Shown here piece after piece: positions 9,341 through 18,812 of a stretch of DNA of 64,000 bases; position 1 is the stretch's first letter, and each line of letters opens with the position of its first letter. The stretch is from assembly GCA_943369995.1 (NCBI GenBank), contig CALRPF020000013.1, forward strand, positions 36,422-100,421, written 5' to 3'. This DNA comes from Chitinophaga pinensis. Its GTDB lineage: Bacteria; Bacteroidota; Bacteroidia; B-17B0; Aurantibacillaceae. The notes beneath the pieces are model-generated. The model did no database searches and was not told the origin of the DNA. It saw only the letters and a list, made by a program, of their open reading frames with translations. The position numbers were made by a program, and so were the translations under genes.

Positions 9341-10975
9341 TTATTGCAACTCTTTACGTTTATATACTTCTACATGTTCTTTTTTAAGTAAAAAAGAAAA
9401 ATTATCTGTTATTACCTTAAAAGAAGCTTCGTTTTTTAAGGTAGGGTTATTTACAACAACATACTTAATATCCTTTTCTATAACACTTTTAACAAGAACA
9501 GAATCTGCAAATCGTTGTGCCGACAGAGTAAGTCCTTTTTGGTCCATTAAATAAAGTGTAATATCAAAGCTTTCGTCCGGCACGCTCAAAACCTTATCAT
9601 TTCTTGTAATACCAGCCTCTCTGAGATCTGGCGTAATGGTTTCGAGAGGTTTTGTTGAATTGCCGTAAGACCATCTTAAAAAGGCCGCGTAGTCTTTTTC
9701 TTCTTTAGACAAAAAAGGGTACCAACTACACATACTATCGTTTTTTATTGTTCTTAACCGAAAAAAAGCAGCAGAATAAAATGAATTAAAAATAACAACT
9801 ATAATTACGAAGGCTGTAAAGAATTTAGTGTTGCCAATTATTTGAAATTCATTATTAAAAACGATATGCGCAATACTTAAACAGGTAATAACGGGCAGTA
9901 TCATTAAATTATTTAAATAATAATCGTGAACGGTAAACACTTGAAAAAAGAACAATATATAAAATACAAAAAATAATGTAGCAAACACAAAAGAATATTT
10001 CAAAAAACTATTTAACTTTTTGAGATTAGCGTATACAAAAATAACCGCAGATAAAAACAAAAAGAACATTGGCTTATTTAAGAATACAGGGAAAAGAATA
10101 TTGAACAGCGACTGAAAATTAGAAAGAACAGCTTCTTCCTGCATTTCCCAAATAGGTAATACCGTTAAAAGAAAAACACCATTTGAACTGTCTCCATTAT
10201 AATAAACGGCATATTTATACCAGCAAATTATCAATAGTATTGACAGAATAATGAAAGATACCGGTAATATTTTTTTTGTGAATAATTTTTCGGTTTTAAA
10301 AAATGTGTTCAAATTAAAAAAATCAATTACCGAAAAAAATAATAGAAGCGCAAAAGGCATAACTGCGCTGGCCTTAATAAGAACAGCTAACATGGAAACA
10401 AATAAGCACCAATAAAAATATTTTAAGGAGCGCGTGTCATAAAAAGAATACAGAAAACAAAATCCAATTATGGCTAACGATAACGCGGGTACATCGGCAA
10501 TAAAGTTAAAACCATAATAAACAAGCATTGGCGATGTAAGAAAAAAGCTCACACAAAAGAATGAAAACAAAAGTGAGGCCCTGGTTCTTAAGAGTGAATT
10601 AAAAAGAAAGAACATGGCCAGTACAAACATAAAATATTCAAGCAGCTTATAAATAAATTCGTGTTCGCCAAAAATTGTCCACAAACAGGCAACGGTATAA
10701 TTCAGAATTGGAAATTCACTTACAGCACTTCCATCCTTATTTGCCTGGAAATGAATTTTTGGTTGAAAAAAATGCATTCCTTCTTCATAATAGTTCTTTG
10801 TAATAGATAAACAATCGCTTTGACGCCATTGATGTATTATTGAGGGCCTGTTTTTTAATGCCAGGTTATAGGCATTTACAAAAAACAAAAGTATAATAAA
10901 ACAAAGCAGAAATAAATTCGCGCTAAGTTTTGTTTTACCACTAAATATTTTTTTAAAAGAAATTTCTTTTGTCAT
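9341..10975 (-). CDS. ArnT-like GT-C-fold glycosyltransferase
   Basis: HQWRQSDCLS first-loop motif, EFPILNY, DVPALS, VLIK; about 12 TMs. Confidence 0.7.
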   Translation of the reverse strand: MTKEISFKKIFSGKTKLSANLFLLCFIILLFFVNAYNLALKNRPSIIHQWRQSDCLSITKNYYEEGMHFFQPKIHFQANKDGSAVSEFPILNYTVACLWTIFGEHEFIYKLLEYFMFVLAMFFLFNSLLRTRASLLFSFFCVSFFLTSPMLVYYGFNFIADVPALSLAIIGFCFLYSFYDTRSLKYFYWCLFVSMLAVLIKASAVMPFALLLFFSVIDFFNLNTFFKTEKLFTKKILPVSFIILSILLIICWYKYAVYYNGDSSNGVFLLTVLPIWEMQEEAVLSNFQSLFNILFPVFLNKPMFFLFLSAVIFVYANLKKLNSFLKYSFVFATLFFVFYILFFFQVFTVHDYYLNNLMILPVITCLSIAHIVFNNEFQIIGNTKFFTAFVIIVVIFNSFYSAAFFRLRTIKNDSMCSWYPFLSKEEKDYAAFLRWSYGNSTKPLETITPDLREAGITRNDKVLSVPDESFDITLYLMDQKGLTLSAQRFADSVLVKSVIEKDIKYVVVNNPTLKNEASFKVITDNFSFLLKKEHVEVYKRKELQ

Positions 10976-11045
10976 TTTTAATATTCAGTTGTACCAATTG
11001 GGATATAAATTTTTATTGATTGAAATTAGAAGAGATCAAACTATT

Positions 11046-11756
11046 TTATTTCTTTCTCACTGTTCTTTGTTCGATGCGTTTTTCGTATTTCTGTCCCTGA
11101 AAGATCCGGTGAACATAAATACCTGGTGTGTGAATGTGGTCAGGATCTAATTCGCCTGCAGGCACAAGCTCTTCTACTTCAGCAATTGTAATTCTGCCGG
11201 CCATTGCCATTAAAGGATTAAAATTACGGGCAGTGCTGTTATAAATTAAATTTCCGGCCGTATCGCCTTTCCATGCTTTTACAATAGCAAAGTCAGCTTC
11301 AAAAGCTTTCTCCATTAAATATTCTTTTTCTTCACCATTAAAAGTAAACTTACGTGTTTCTTTTCCAATGGCCACTTCGGTGCCAACCCCAGCCGGCGTA
11401 AAAATAACAGGCATACCATAACCGGCAGCCATACATCTTGTAGCAAGTGTGCCTTGAGGTACTAATTCAACCTCTAACTCACCGCTTAACATCTGGCGTT
11501 CGAATTCATCATTCTCTCCAACGTAACTTGAGATCATTTTTTTGATCTGTTTTGTTTGAAGCAATAAGCCTAAACCAAAATCATCTACACCGGCATTATT
11601 ACTAATACAGGTTAAATTCTTAACACCTTTTTTTACCAATTCCGCAATACAGTTCTCAGGAATGCCACATAAGCCAAAACCACCCACCATTAAGGTATTG
11701 CCATCTTTAATATCTTTTAATGCTTCTTCAACATTTTTTACTACTCGATTAATCAT
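11046..11756 (-). CDS. scoA: 3-oxoacid CoA-transferase subunit A
   Basis: [44 protein letters not shown]. Confidence 0.95.
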   Translation of the reverse strand: MINRVVKNVEEALKDIKDGNTLMVGGFGLCGIPENCIAELVKKGVKNLTCISNNAGVDDFGLGLLLQTKQIKKMISSYVGENDEFERQMLSGELEVELVPQGTLATRCMAAGYGMPVIFTPAGVGTEVAIGKETRKFTFNGEEKEYLMEKAFEADFAIVKAWKGDTAGNLIYNSTARNFNPLMAMAGRITIAEVEELVPAGELDPDHIHTPGIYVHRIFQGQKYEKRIEQRTVRKK

Positions 11757-13389
11757 TTTTTTGGCGTTTTTTACGTTCGTTTACAAATATAGAAATTTTA
11801 TCTTTTGTGTAAGGTAAATAGCGCTGAAATTCATACTCCCTTACCAGTTTAAAGTCCTTTGGTTTGTCGTATTGAATAACGTAATCATAAGCGTAAAGAT
11901 CAAGAAAATAATACCATATGCTTCTGTTTCCTTCGTGCCACCCGTTTACCTCCATTCCACCATTGATCTTATGGTATTCTACACCAACTTTATCCTTCAA
12001 AAAGGCATAAGCTTCCCAACGCTTTCTATTTAATTCAAGATAATCTTTTGTGCCAAATACAGAAATATAAACAAACAGTAAAAGCGGCAAAATGGCAAGC
12101 CGGTAATTTGTTTTATAGTTTAGATTTGCATAAGCAAATACTATTAAAGCAAGCGTTATTAAAGGGATATGATACCTGTCGTAATAACTTTCGGTTATAA
12201 GTATCATAAAAATATAGGCTAAAAATAAAGTTGCAATAAAAATTACTTTAGGGTTTTTATTGAACGGATTGATTCTTTGCTTTATCAGTTTAAACACAAA
12301 TAAAACAAAACAAATAAGAGATCCTGAAGTGAATAAATACTTTATTACAACACCTATTTTATCTGCAGTTTCTGAATAATTATGCTCATGTTCGCCTTTG
12401 TAATCCCTGTTCATATCCTGAACAAAAGTTTCTGCTCCAATAAAAAGATTTGAAAAAGTATTTCCTATCGGAAAACGCTCTTCTCTTAAAATAAAATATA
12501 TTGCTGCTGAACAAATTAACGTTGTTAAAACAATTACATATCCTTTAAACTCTTTTAAAAGGCCGGATATATATATAACTGCAAAAGGAAACAAATAAAG
12601 TAAAACATGAAGAATGATAGTTGAAGATCTTGTTTTTAAATTCAGGAAAAGTCTGTCGAAAAATATAGATGGCGATAAATGGTCTCCAGAAAATTTGTAA
12701 GCAGAATCAGGAAGAAGAATGCCTTTAAGATAATGCTCATAATACTTAAATACCACAATTATGATAGCAAAGAATGCAATGGACAAGCCAACGTACAACC
12801 ATCTTTTTTGATCTAAAAACAAACAGCAGAACGTAAAACATGCCGGCACAATAATACCGTATTGCCTTAGCAAAACAATAAGCATTGACAGGATAAATAC
12901 GGCAATAAAGGATAAATAACTTCGTGACCTAAAAAATTCGAAAGCAAAATAACAACTTACAATAATGAGTGTATTGAAGTTGACATCTGTCATGAAAGTA
13001 TTGCATAGCCCAAAATAAATCGGGTTAAAAAGAAATACCAGACAAAGAATAAAAGCGGTAAGTCTATTGTTTGTAATATCTATTACAATTTTATTTAATG
13101 TAAGAACAGATATTAAAGCAGATATAAGTGTAGAGAAGCGAAGAACAGTAAAAGAAAAACCAAAGATTTTGGTAAACAATGCACCCCATATAATTTGCGT
13201 GTACAAGGTCATTGCAGGAAAATCGCCTATATTAATAATATTATCTTTTTGATAAATTAATACAGATTTTCCATACGTCCAGTCGTCATTTAAAGGAAAG
13301 TTACCGATGGGATTGACTATAATTTCACTAATGATGAAGATCATCATTAAAATTACGATCAGTTTATTTTTTTCAACAAAAGATTTCAT
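11749..13389 (-). CDS. GT-C-fold glycosyltransferase-like membrane protein (paralogue of 15765-17387)
   Basis: FPLNDDW acidic loop, MTDV, RQYG; many TMs; stop overlaps the scoA start by 8 nt. Confidence 0.7.
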   Translation of the reverse strand: MKSFVEKNKLIVILMMIFIISEIIVNPIGNFPLNDDWTYGKSVLIYQKDNIINIGDFPAMTLYTQIIWGALFTKIFGFSFTVLRFSTLISALISVLTLNKIVIDITNNRLTAFILCLVFLFNPIYFGLCNTFMTDVNFNTLIIVSCYFAFEFFRSRSYLSFIAVFILSMLIVLLRQYGIIVPACFTFCCLFLDQKRWLYVGLSIAFFAIIIVVFKYYEHYLKGILLPDSAYKFSGDHLSPSIFFDRLFLNLKTRSSTIILHVLLYLFPFAVIYISGLLKEFKGYVIVLTTLICSAAIYFILREERFPIGNTFSNLFIGAETFVQDMNRDYKGEHEHNYSETADKIGVVIKYLFTSGSLICFVLFVFKLIKQRINPFNKNPKVIFIATLFLAYIFMILITESYYDRYHIPLITLALIVFAYANLNYKTNYRLAILPLLLFVYISVFGTKDYLELNRKRWEAYAFLKDKVGVEYHKINGGMEVNGWHEGNRSIWYYFLDLYAYDYVIQYDKPKDFKLVREYEFQRYLPYTKDKISIFVNERKKRQKND

Positions 13390-13414
13390 TTTACAGGGTT
13401 TATAATTTTACCTG

Positions 13415-15673
13415 TTATTGATCCATATTGTCAAATTCGTTTATTTCTTCAGAACCATCATTATCTGAGGCATCGTATTTGCTACAATCCAATTCAAGAT
13501 TCGGATCTAAATTTTTCGGTCGTGGAAACTCTCCTTTACTAACCTTTAATTTTGGATCAGCATACACTTTGCTAAAGAATTTTCCCCAAATGGGCAAAGC
13601 CATTGTTGCACCCTGACCTTCAACCATCGAATTAAAATGTATACTTCTGTCTTCGCCGCCAACCCATGCGCCGGCAACCAACTCAGGCGTTAAGCCAATA
13701 AACCAGCCATCGGCATTTTTTTGCGTGGTACCCGTTTTTCCGGCTATCTGATTCATTAATTTATGTCTTGATCTTAAGCGCGAGCCGGTTCCTCCATCAA
13801 CTACACCACGCATTAATTGTATCATGGTGTACGCTTTTTCTTCACTAAAAACCTCATCAGTAGTTGGAATAAATTCTTCAAGCACTTTTCCGTTCTTATC
13901 TTCAATACGTGTAACAAAGGTGGGTTGAATATATGTTCCTTTATTTGCAAATGTTGAATTAGCTCCCACCATTTCAAATACGCTTATATCTGCTGTGCCT
14001 AAACAAATTGAGTGCACCTCGGGTATTTCTGATGTAACACCCAAGCGTTTTACCAATGTAACAAGAGCATGCGGCGTATATTGCTTCATAACCCAGGCCG
14101 TTATGTAGTTGATAGAATTTGCCAGAGCTTTTTTAAGAGTTAGCATTTTACCATTGTTCTTATCATTTGGCCCGTCTGAATTACTCGGACACCACTCTTT
14201 TCCATCGGGCAATGTAATACACGTTCTAACGTTTGGTACCTGGTGGCATGGCGAGTACCCTTCCTGTATTGCCAGAGCATAAACAAAGGGTTTAAAGGTT
14301 GAACCTACCTGGCGCTTACTAACTTTTACGTGATCGTATTTAAAATGTTTGTGGTTGATGCCACCCACCCAGGCTTTAACATAACCGGTTTGAGGTTCCA
14401 TGGCCATAAAGCCAGTTTGTAAAAACCCTTTATAGTATTTTATACTATCAAAAGGTGTCATCACAGTATCAATATCGCCGCGTAAACTATAAACAGACAT
14501 TTCTACAGGCTTGTAAAAAGTAGCGATGGCCTCTTGATCGCTCATACCAGATTTTTTCGCAGAACGAAAACGATCGCTGCGTTTGATAGAAGCGTTCATA
14601 ATATTATCTATTTCCTGCTTGTTTACATTCCAGGCAAAGGGTGCGTTCTTTTTTGTTTTCAGATCTTTATCAAAAACCTTTTGAAGTTCATGCATATGTT
14701 CAAATACAGCCTCTTCAGCATACTTTTGCATACGTGAATCGATGGTGGTATATACTCTTAAACCGTCTTTATAAACGTTGTAAGGTTTATTTGTTTCGGG
14801 ATTGATATGTTTTTCGCACCACAACTTTAAAAAATTATCGCGCAGATACTCTCTTAAGTAAGGCGCTAATCCATCATTATGATCTTCAGGATGAAAACTA
14901 AGATCTAAAGGTAATACTTTTAAACTATCGTATTTTTGCTGTGCCAGGTAACCATATTTTACCATTTGGCTTAAGACCACATTACGCCTTTGCTTTGTTT
15001 TTTCGGGAAAACGAATAGGATTAAACAACGAAGGATTTTTTGCCATACCAACAAGCATGGCCGCTTGTTCGATATTTAAACTATCCTGCGAACGATTAAA
15101 ATAAATTTGCGATGCGGATTTTACGCCAACCGCTAAATTTAAGAAATCAAATTTGTTTAAATAAAGCGCTAAAATCTCATCTTTGGTATAGTATTTTTCA
15201 AGACGTGTGGCAATGATCCACTCTTTCATTTTGCGAATGGCCAATTCAACCTTACTTAATTTTTCGCGGGGAAACATCATTTTAGCTAGTTGCTGCGTAA
15301 CAGTACTTCCGCCACCTCTGCTACCACCTGTAAAAGCTCCGGCAAAAGCGCGGCCCAATGCCTTTATATCTACACCGCTATGCTCATAAAACCTCGCATC
15401 TTCAGTTGCAATTAAAGCTTCTACGAGATCTTTATCTAATTGATTAAAATTTACATTTACACGGTTTTCGCTATAGTATTTTCCAAGGATCTTCATATCA
15501 CCACTATAAACAATAGTGGCAAGGTTGTTTTTTGGATTTACAAGCTCTTCCACATCCGGTAAAGCTCCAAAAATACCCATACCGGTAAGCGTTACAATTG
15601 TAAAAAGAAGAAGAAACGGGCTGAGGAAAAGTATCCAAAGCCATTTGACATATTTATTTGATTTTTGTGCCAT
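13415..15673 (-). CDS. mrcA: Class A penicillin-binding protein 1A (transglycosylase + transpeptidase)
   Basis: EDARFYEH, GGSTVTQQLAK, RKMKEW, YLN; transpeptidase STFK, SIN, KTGT; start moved to the ATG at 15673 (MAQKSNK). Confidence 0.93.
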   Translation of the reverse strand: MAQKSNKYVKWLWILFLSPFLLLFTIVTLTGMGIFGALPDVEELVNPKNNLATIVYSGDMKILGKYYSENRVNVNFNQLDKDLVEALIATEDARFYEHSGVDIKALGRAFAGAFTGGSRGGGSTVTQQLAKMMFPREKLSKVELAIRKMKEWIIATRLEKYYTKDEILALYLNKFDFLNLAVGVKSASQIYFNRSQDSLNIEQAAMLVGMAKNPSLFNPIRFPEKTKQRRNVVLSQMVKYGYLAQQKYDSLKVLPLDLSFHPEDHNDGLAPYLREYLRDNFLKLWCEKHINPETNKPYNVYKDGLRVYTTIDSRMQKYAEEAVFEHMHELQKVFDKDLKTKKNAPFAWNVNKQEIDNIMNASIKRSDRFRSAKKSGMSDQEAIATFYKPVEMSVYSLRGDIDTVMTPFDSIKYYKGFLQTGFMAMEPQTGYVKAWVGGINHKHFKYDHVKVSKRQVGSTFKPFVYALAIQEGYSPCHQVPNVRTCITLPDGKEWCPSNSDGPNDKNNGKMLTLKKALANSINYITAWVMKQYTPHALVTLVKRLGVTSEIPEVHSICLGTADISVFEMVGANSTFANKGTYIQPTFVTRIEDKNGKVLEEFIPTTDEVFSEEKAYTMIQLMRGVVDGGTGSRLRSRHKLMNQIAGKTGTTQKNADGWFIGLTPELVAGAWVGGEDRSIHFNSMVEGQGATMALPIWGKFFSKVYADPKLKVSKGEFPRPKNLDPNLELDCSKYDASDNDGSEEINEFDNMDQ

Positions 15674-15764
15674 TTTGAAAGGGTAAAAATAACAAAAACC
15701 CTTAATGTAAAAAGTGAAATAAACTAAAAATAGTAACAATATTGCGCCTTAACGAGAAGCAACA

Positions 15765-17387
15765 CTAATTACTGGCTGTTTTTGCAGTATCTACCCTCAT
15801 AAGCAGCCTTAAAGTATCTTTTTTATATGGAAAATAGCGCTGGAATTCATATTCACGAAGCGTTTTAAAACCACTCTCTTTATTAAACTGGATAAGGTAA
15901 TCGTAGTTTTGAAGATTGCCGTAATCTGCCCACCAATTATTTTTTCCATCGTTCCAGCAATTCACCTCAAAGCCACCATTAATTTTCTCCGCATTAACTT
16001 TCGCTTTGTCCTTAATAAAATAATAAGCGTCCCATCTGTTTCGATTAAGGGCAAGATAATCCTTTGTTCCGAAAACCGATAAATAAAAAAAACAGAACAA
16101 GATCACTATGCTTATACTATAACTGGCTTTAAAAGTTTTATTCATAAACGAAAATAAAATAAAGATTAAAGCAATTATTGGTAAATGATACCTATCAAAA
16201 TACACATCTTTTTGTGTAATAAGTATCATAAAAATATACATACCCAATAACAAAACTAAAAATAAAGCCACTGGATCTAATTTAAATGCTTTTTTACCTG
16301 ATTTAATTTTGGACGATAAAAAAAGTATAAGTACAATAAAAGTGAACGACGAAAAAACATATTTTATAATATCGCAAAGTGCCGCAAAATCAGTGGATCT
16401 TGTATGGCCATTACTTTCGTGAAATGTTTCAGGCCCGATACACATGTTTGTAAACATATTATGAAAAGGGAAGATGTTACCCTGCAACAAAAAATAACAA
16501 CCAAAAATACATACTATAGAAACCCCAAAAGCATAAATTTTATTGACTGACCTGATAATTGAAGCGAGATAAATAATTGCTAAAGGAAAACCATATATAA
16601 GAATGTGTACTAAAATTACTTTGTACCGCCCGGCTATATTTACAAAAAAATTCTCCCAAAAAGCGTAACTCAAAAGATCAATTGATCCTGAAAAAGTATA
16701 AGCTGCACCATAGGATAAAGAATGCTTAAGAATACTTTCATAACATTTCAATACTCCAAGAGTTATTACAATAACTATAAACGAGATAATTAAATATCTT
16801 TTCTTTTTTTCTTTTAAAGCAATACAAGAGAGGAAAAAACAAATTGGTAAAACAATTCCAAACTGACGAATTAATACAAGACCAATAGATAATAATAAAA
16901 AATAATATATATATATTTCTTTTTTTGTGTCAAAAAAAACAAAAGCACAATAACAACTTAAGATTAACAGTGTAGTGAAATTTACATCTGTCATATATGT
17001 ATTTGTAAGGCTAAAGTACAATGGATTAAACAATAACACTAAACATGAAAAAAAGCCAAGCCCCGGATTATTGCTGATCTTAACAACAAGTTTATTTAGA
17101 AAAAACAGGCCAATGAGCGATGAAATAAGCGTAGAAAATCTTAAGACGGTAAATGAGAAACCGAAGATCTTTGTAAAAATTGTTCCCCACAATAAATGAG
17201 TAAAAAGCGTCATGGCTCCAAAATCACCGATCGTATAAACACCATTGATGGCAAATGATACCGATTTTGAATAAGCCCAATCATCATTTAAAGGAAATTC
17301 GCCAATTGGATTTACGATAATTTCACAAATAATGAATATTAAAATCAGAAATAAAAAATGTTTATGTTTTATTGCAAAAGATCTCAT
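15765..17387 (-). CDS. GT-C-fold glycosyltransferase-like membrane protein (paralogue of 11749-13389)
   Basis: FPLNDDW, MTDV, RQFG; shares the identical 19-aa block [19 protein letters not shown] with its paralogue. Confidence 0.7.
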   Translation of the reverse strand: MRSFAIKHKHFLFLILIFIICEIIVNPIGEFPLNDDWAYSKSVSFAINGVYTIGDFGAMTLFTHLLWGTIFTKIFGFSFTVLRFSTLISSLIGLFFLNKLVVKISNNPGLGFFSCLVLLFNPLYFSLTNTYMTDVNFTTLLILSCYCAFVFFDTKKEIYIYYFLLLSIGLVLIRQFGIVLPICFFLSCIALKEKKKRYLIISFIVIVITLGVLKCYESILKHSLSYGAAYTFSGSIDLLSYAFWENFFVNIAGRYKVILVHILIYGFPLAIIYLASIIRSVNKIYAFGVSIVCIFGCYFLLQGNIFPFHNMFTNMCIGPETFHESNGHTRSTDFAALCDIIKYVFSSFTFIVLILFLSSKIKSGKKAFKLDPVALFLVLLLGMYIFMILITQKDVYFDRYHLPIIALIFILFSFMNKTFKASYSISIVILFCFFYLSVFGTKDYLALNRNRWDAYYFIKDKAKVNAEKINGGFEVNCWNDGKNNWWADYGNLQNYDYLIQFNKESGFKTLREYEFQRYFPYKKDTLRLLMRVDTAKTASN

Positions 17388-17501
17388 GAATTAATTTATA
17401 GTCTTTATATTTTAAATACTTTAAACGTACGCAATTGCAATATATTTTCAATATTTTAAATTAAATGCTAAAATAGCAAATAAAGTGCTGCAATATAGAC
17501 C

Positions 17502-18809
17502 CTACCTTAAAATTAGAAGGCGATTAGCGTCTAGCTTTATAAAAATAAATAGAAGAATAGTGAATGACCAAAGTGATGAACCTCCGTAACTAAAGAAAGG
17601 TAAAGGAATGCCAATAACGGGCATTAAACCAATGGTCATACCAATATTCACTGCAAGGTGAAAAAATAATACACAAGCTACTCCATAACCGTATATCCTG
17701 CTAAAATCAGAACGTTGCCTTTCTGATAAAAATATAAGCCGGAGTATTAAAAATAGTTCTAAAAAAATAACCACCGTGCTGCCAACAAAACCCCACTCCT
17801 CGCCTACTGTACAAAAAATAAAATCAGTATCCTGTTCCGGCACAAAATCGTATTTGGTTTGCGTACCCTGCAAATAACCTTTACCAAAAAAGCCACCGCT
17901 ACCAATAGCGATCTTTGCCTGATTTACATTATATCCTTCTTTTTTAAGATCTACCGTTCCTCGTCCTAACAATACATCTATCCTTACTTTTTGATGCTCT
18001 TCTAAATGATTGTAAACATAATTTGTTCCAAGTACAACTCCTGCGGCAAGCACGTAAGCTACAATAACTCCAATTAAATTTGCCCTGCTGCGTTTAATGA
18101 ATAAAAAAGCCGATGATGCAATTACGGCGAGCGTTATTAGCAAGCCACTAATGCTTGTTACAATTAATGCTACTACAAATAAAATTGCCGCTAAAATTCC
18201 AAAAATTAAAAATCCTACACTTAAACCTTCGCGATACAAAACAATAATAAATGCTATAAACACAATGGCAAGCCCCGTTTCATTCTGCAATTTGATAATT
18301 AAAATTAACGGCACGATAATAAATAATAAAGCAATAAATGTGTTCTTGTAATTTTTTATTAGATCCTTTAAACGCAACCGAAATTGTTGGTTAACAACAA
18401 TATTCTGGTTACTTAAAAATTTTGCGAGCGCCAAACTGGTTGCAAATTTCATGAACTCGGCAGGCTGTATACCTGCACTACCAAATCTAAACCACGAGTG
18501 ACTACCTTTTATTTCTTTTCCTAAGAATAAAACCAAAATATTCATTAAAAGAAAAAAGCCATAAAAACCATAAGCAAAAGCAGTATAAAAATTGGCGTCT
18601 ATTAATAAGATACTAAACGCAATAACTGCGGCACCACCTATCCAGATAAGCTGTTTACCATACTTTTGCGTTGTATCAAAAATATTCTGATGCTCTTCAT
18701 CATAAACTGCAGCATAAATATTTAACCAACCCATAAAAACGAGCAGCACGTAGGTAATAAGCGTTAGCCTGTCTACCCCATAAAATATACTATTTTCGTT
18801 TCTTGCCAA
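17502..18809 (-). CDS. rodA: Rod shape-determining protein RodA (SEDS)
   Basis: QPAEFMK, GYNVNQAKIAIGSGG, PEQDTDFIF, GIPLPFFSYGGSS; TTG start. Confidence 0.95.
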   Translation of the reverse strand: MARNENSIFYGVDRLTLITYVLLVFMGWLNIYAAVYDEEHQNIFDTTQKYGKQLIWIGGAAVIAFSILLIDANFYTAFAYGFYGFFLLMNILVLFLGKEIKGSHSWFRFGSAGIQPAEFMKFATSLALAKFLSNQNIVVNQQFRLRLKDLIKNYKNTFIALLFIIVPLILIIKLQNETGLAIVFIAFIIVLYREGLSVGFLIFGILAAILFVVALIVTSISGLLITLAVIASSAFLFIKRSRANLIGVIVAYVLAAGVVLGTNYVYNHLEEHQKVRIDVLLGRGTVDLKKEGYNVNQAKIAIGSGGFFGKGYLQGTQTKYDFVPEQDTDFIFCTVGEEWGFVGSTVVIFLELFLILRLIFLSERQRSDFSRIYGYGVACVLFFHLAVNIGMTIGLMPVIGIPLPFFSYGGSSLWSFTILLFIFIKLDANRLLILR

Positions 18810-18812
18810 TTA

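Noticed and set aside
15674-15739. ORF-track N-terminal extension of PBP1A
   Set aside because: The ATG at 15673 has an A-rich leader and gives the usual short basic tail before the TM helix
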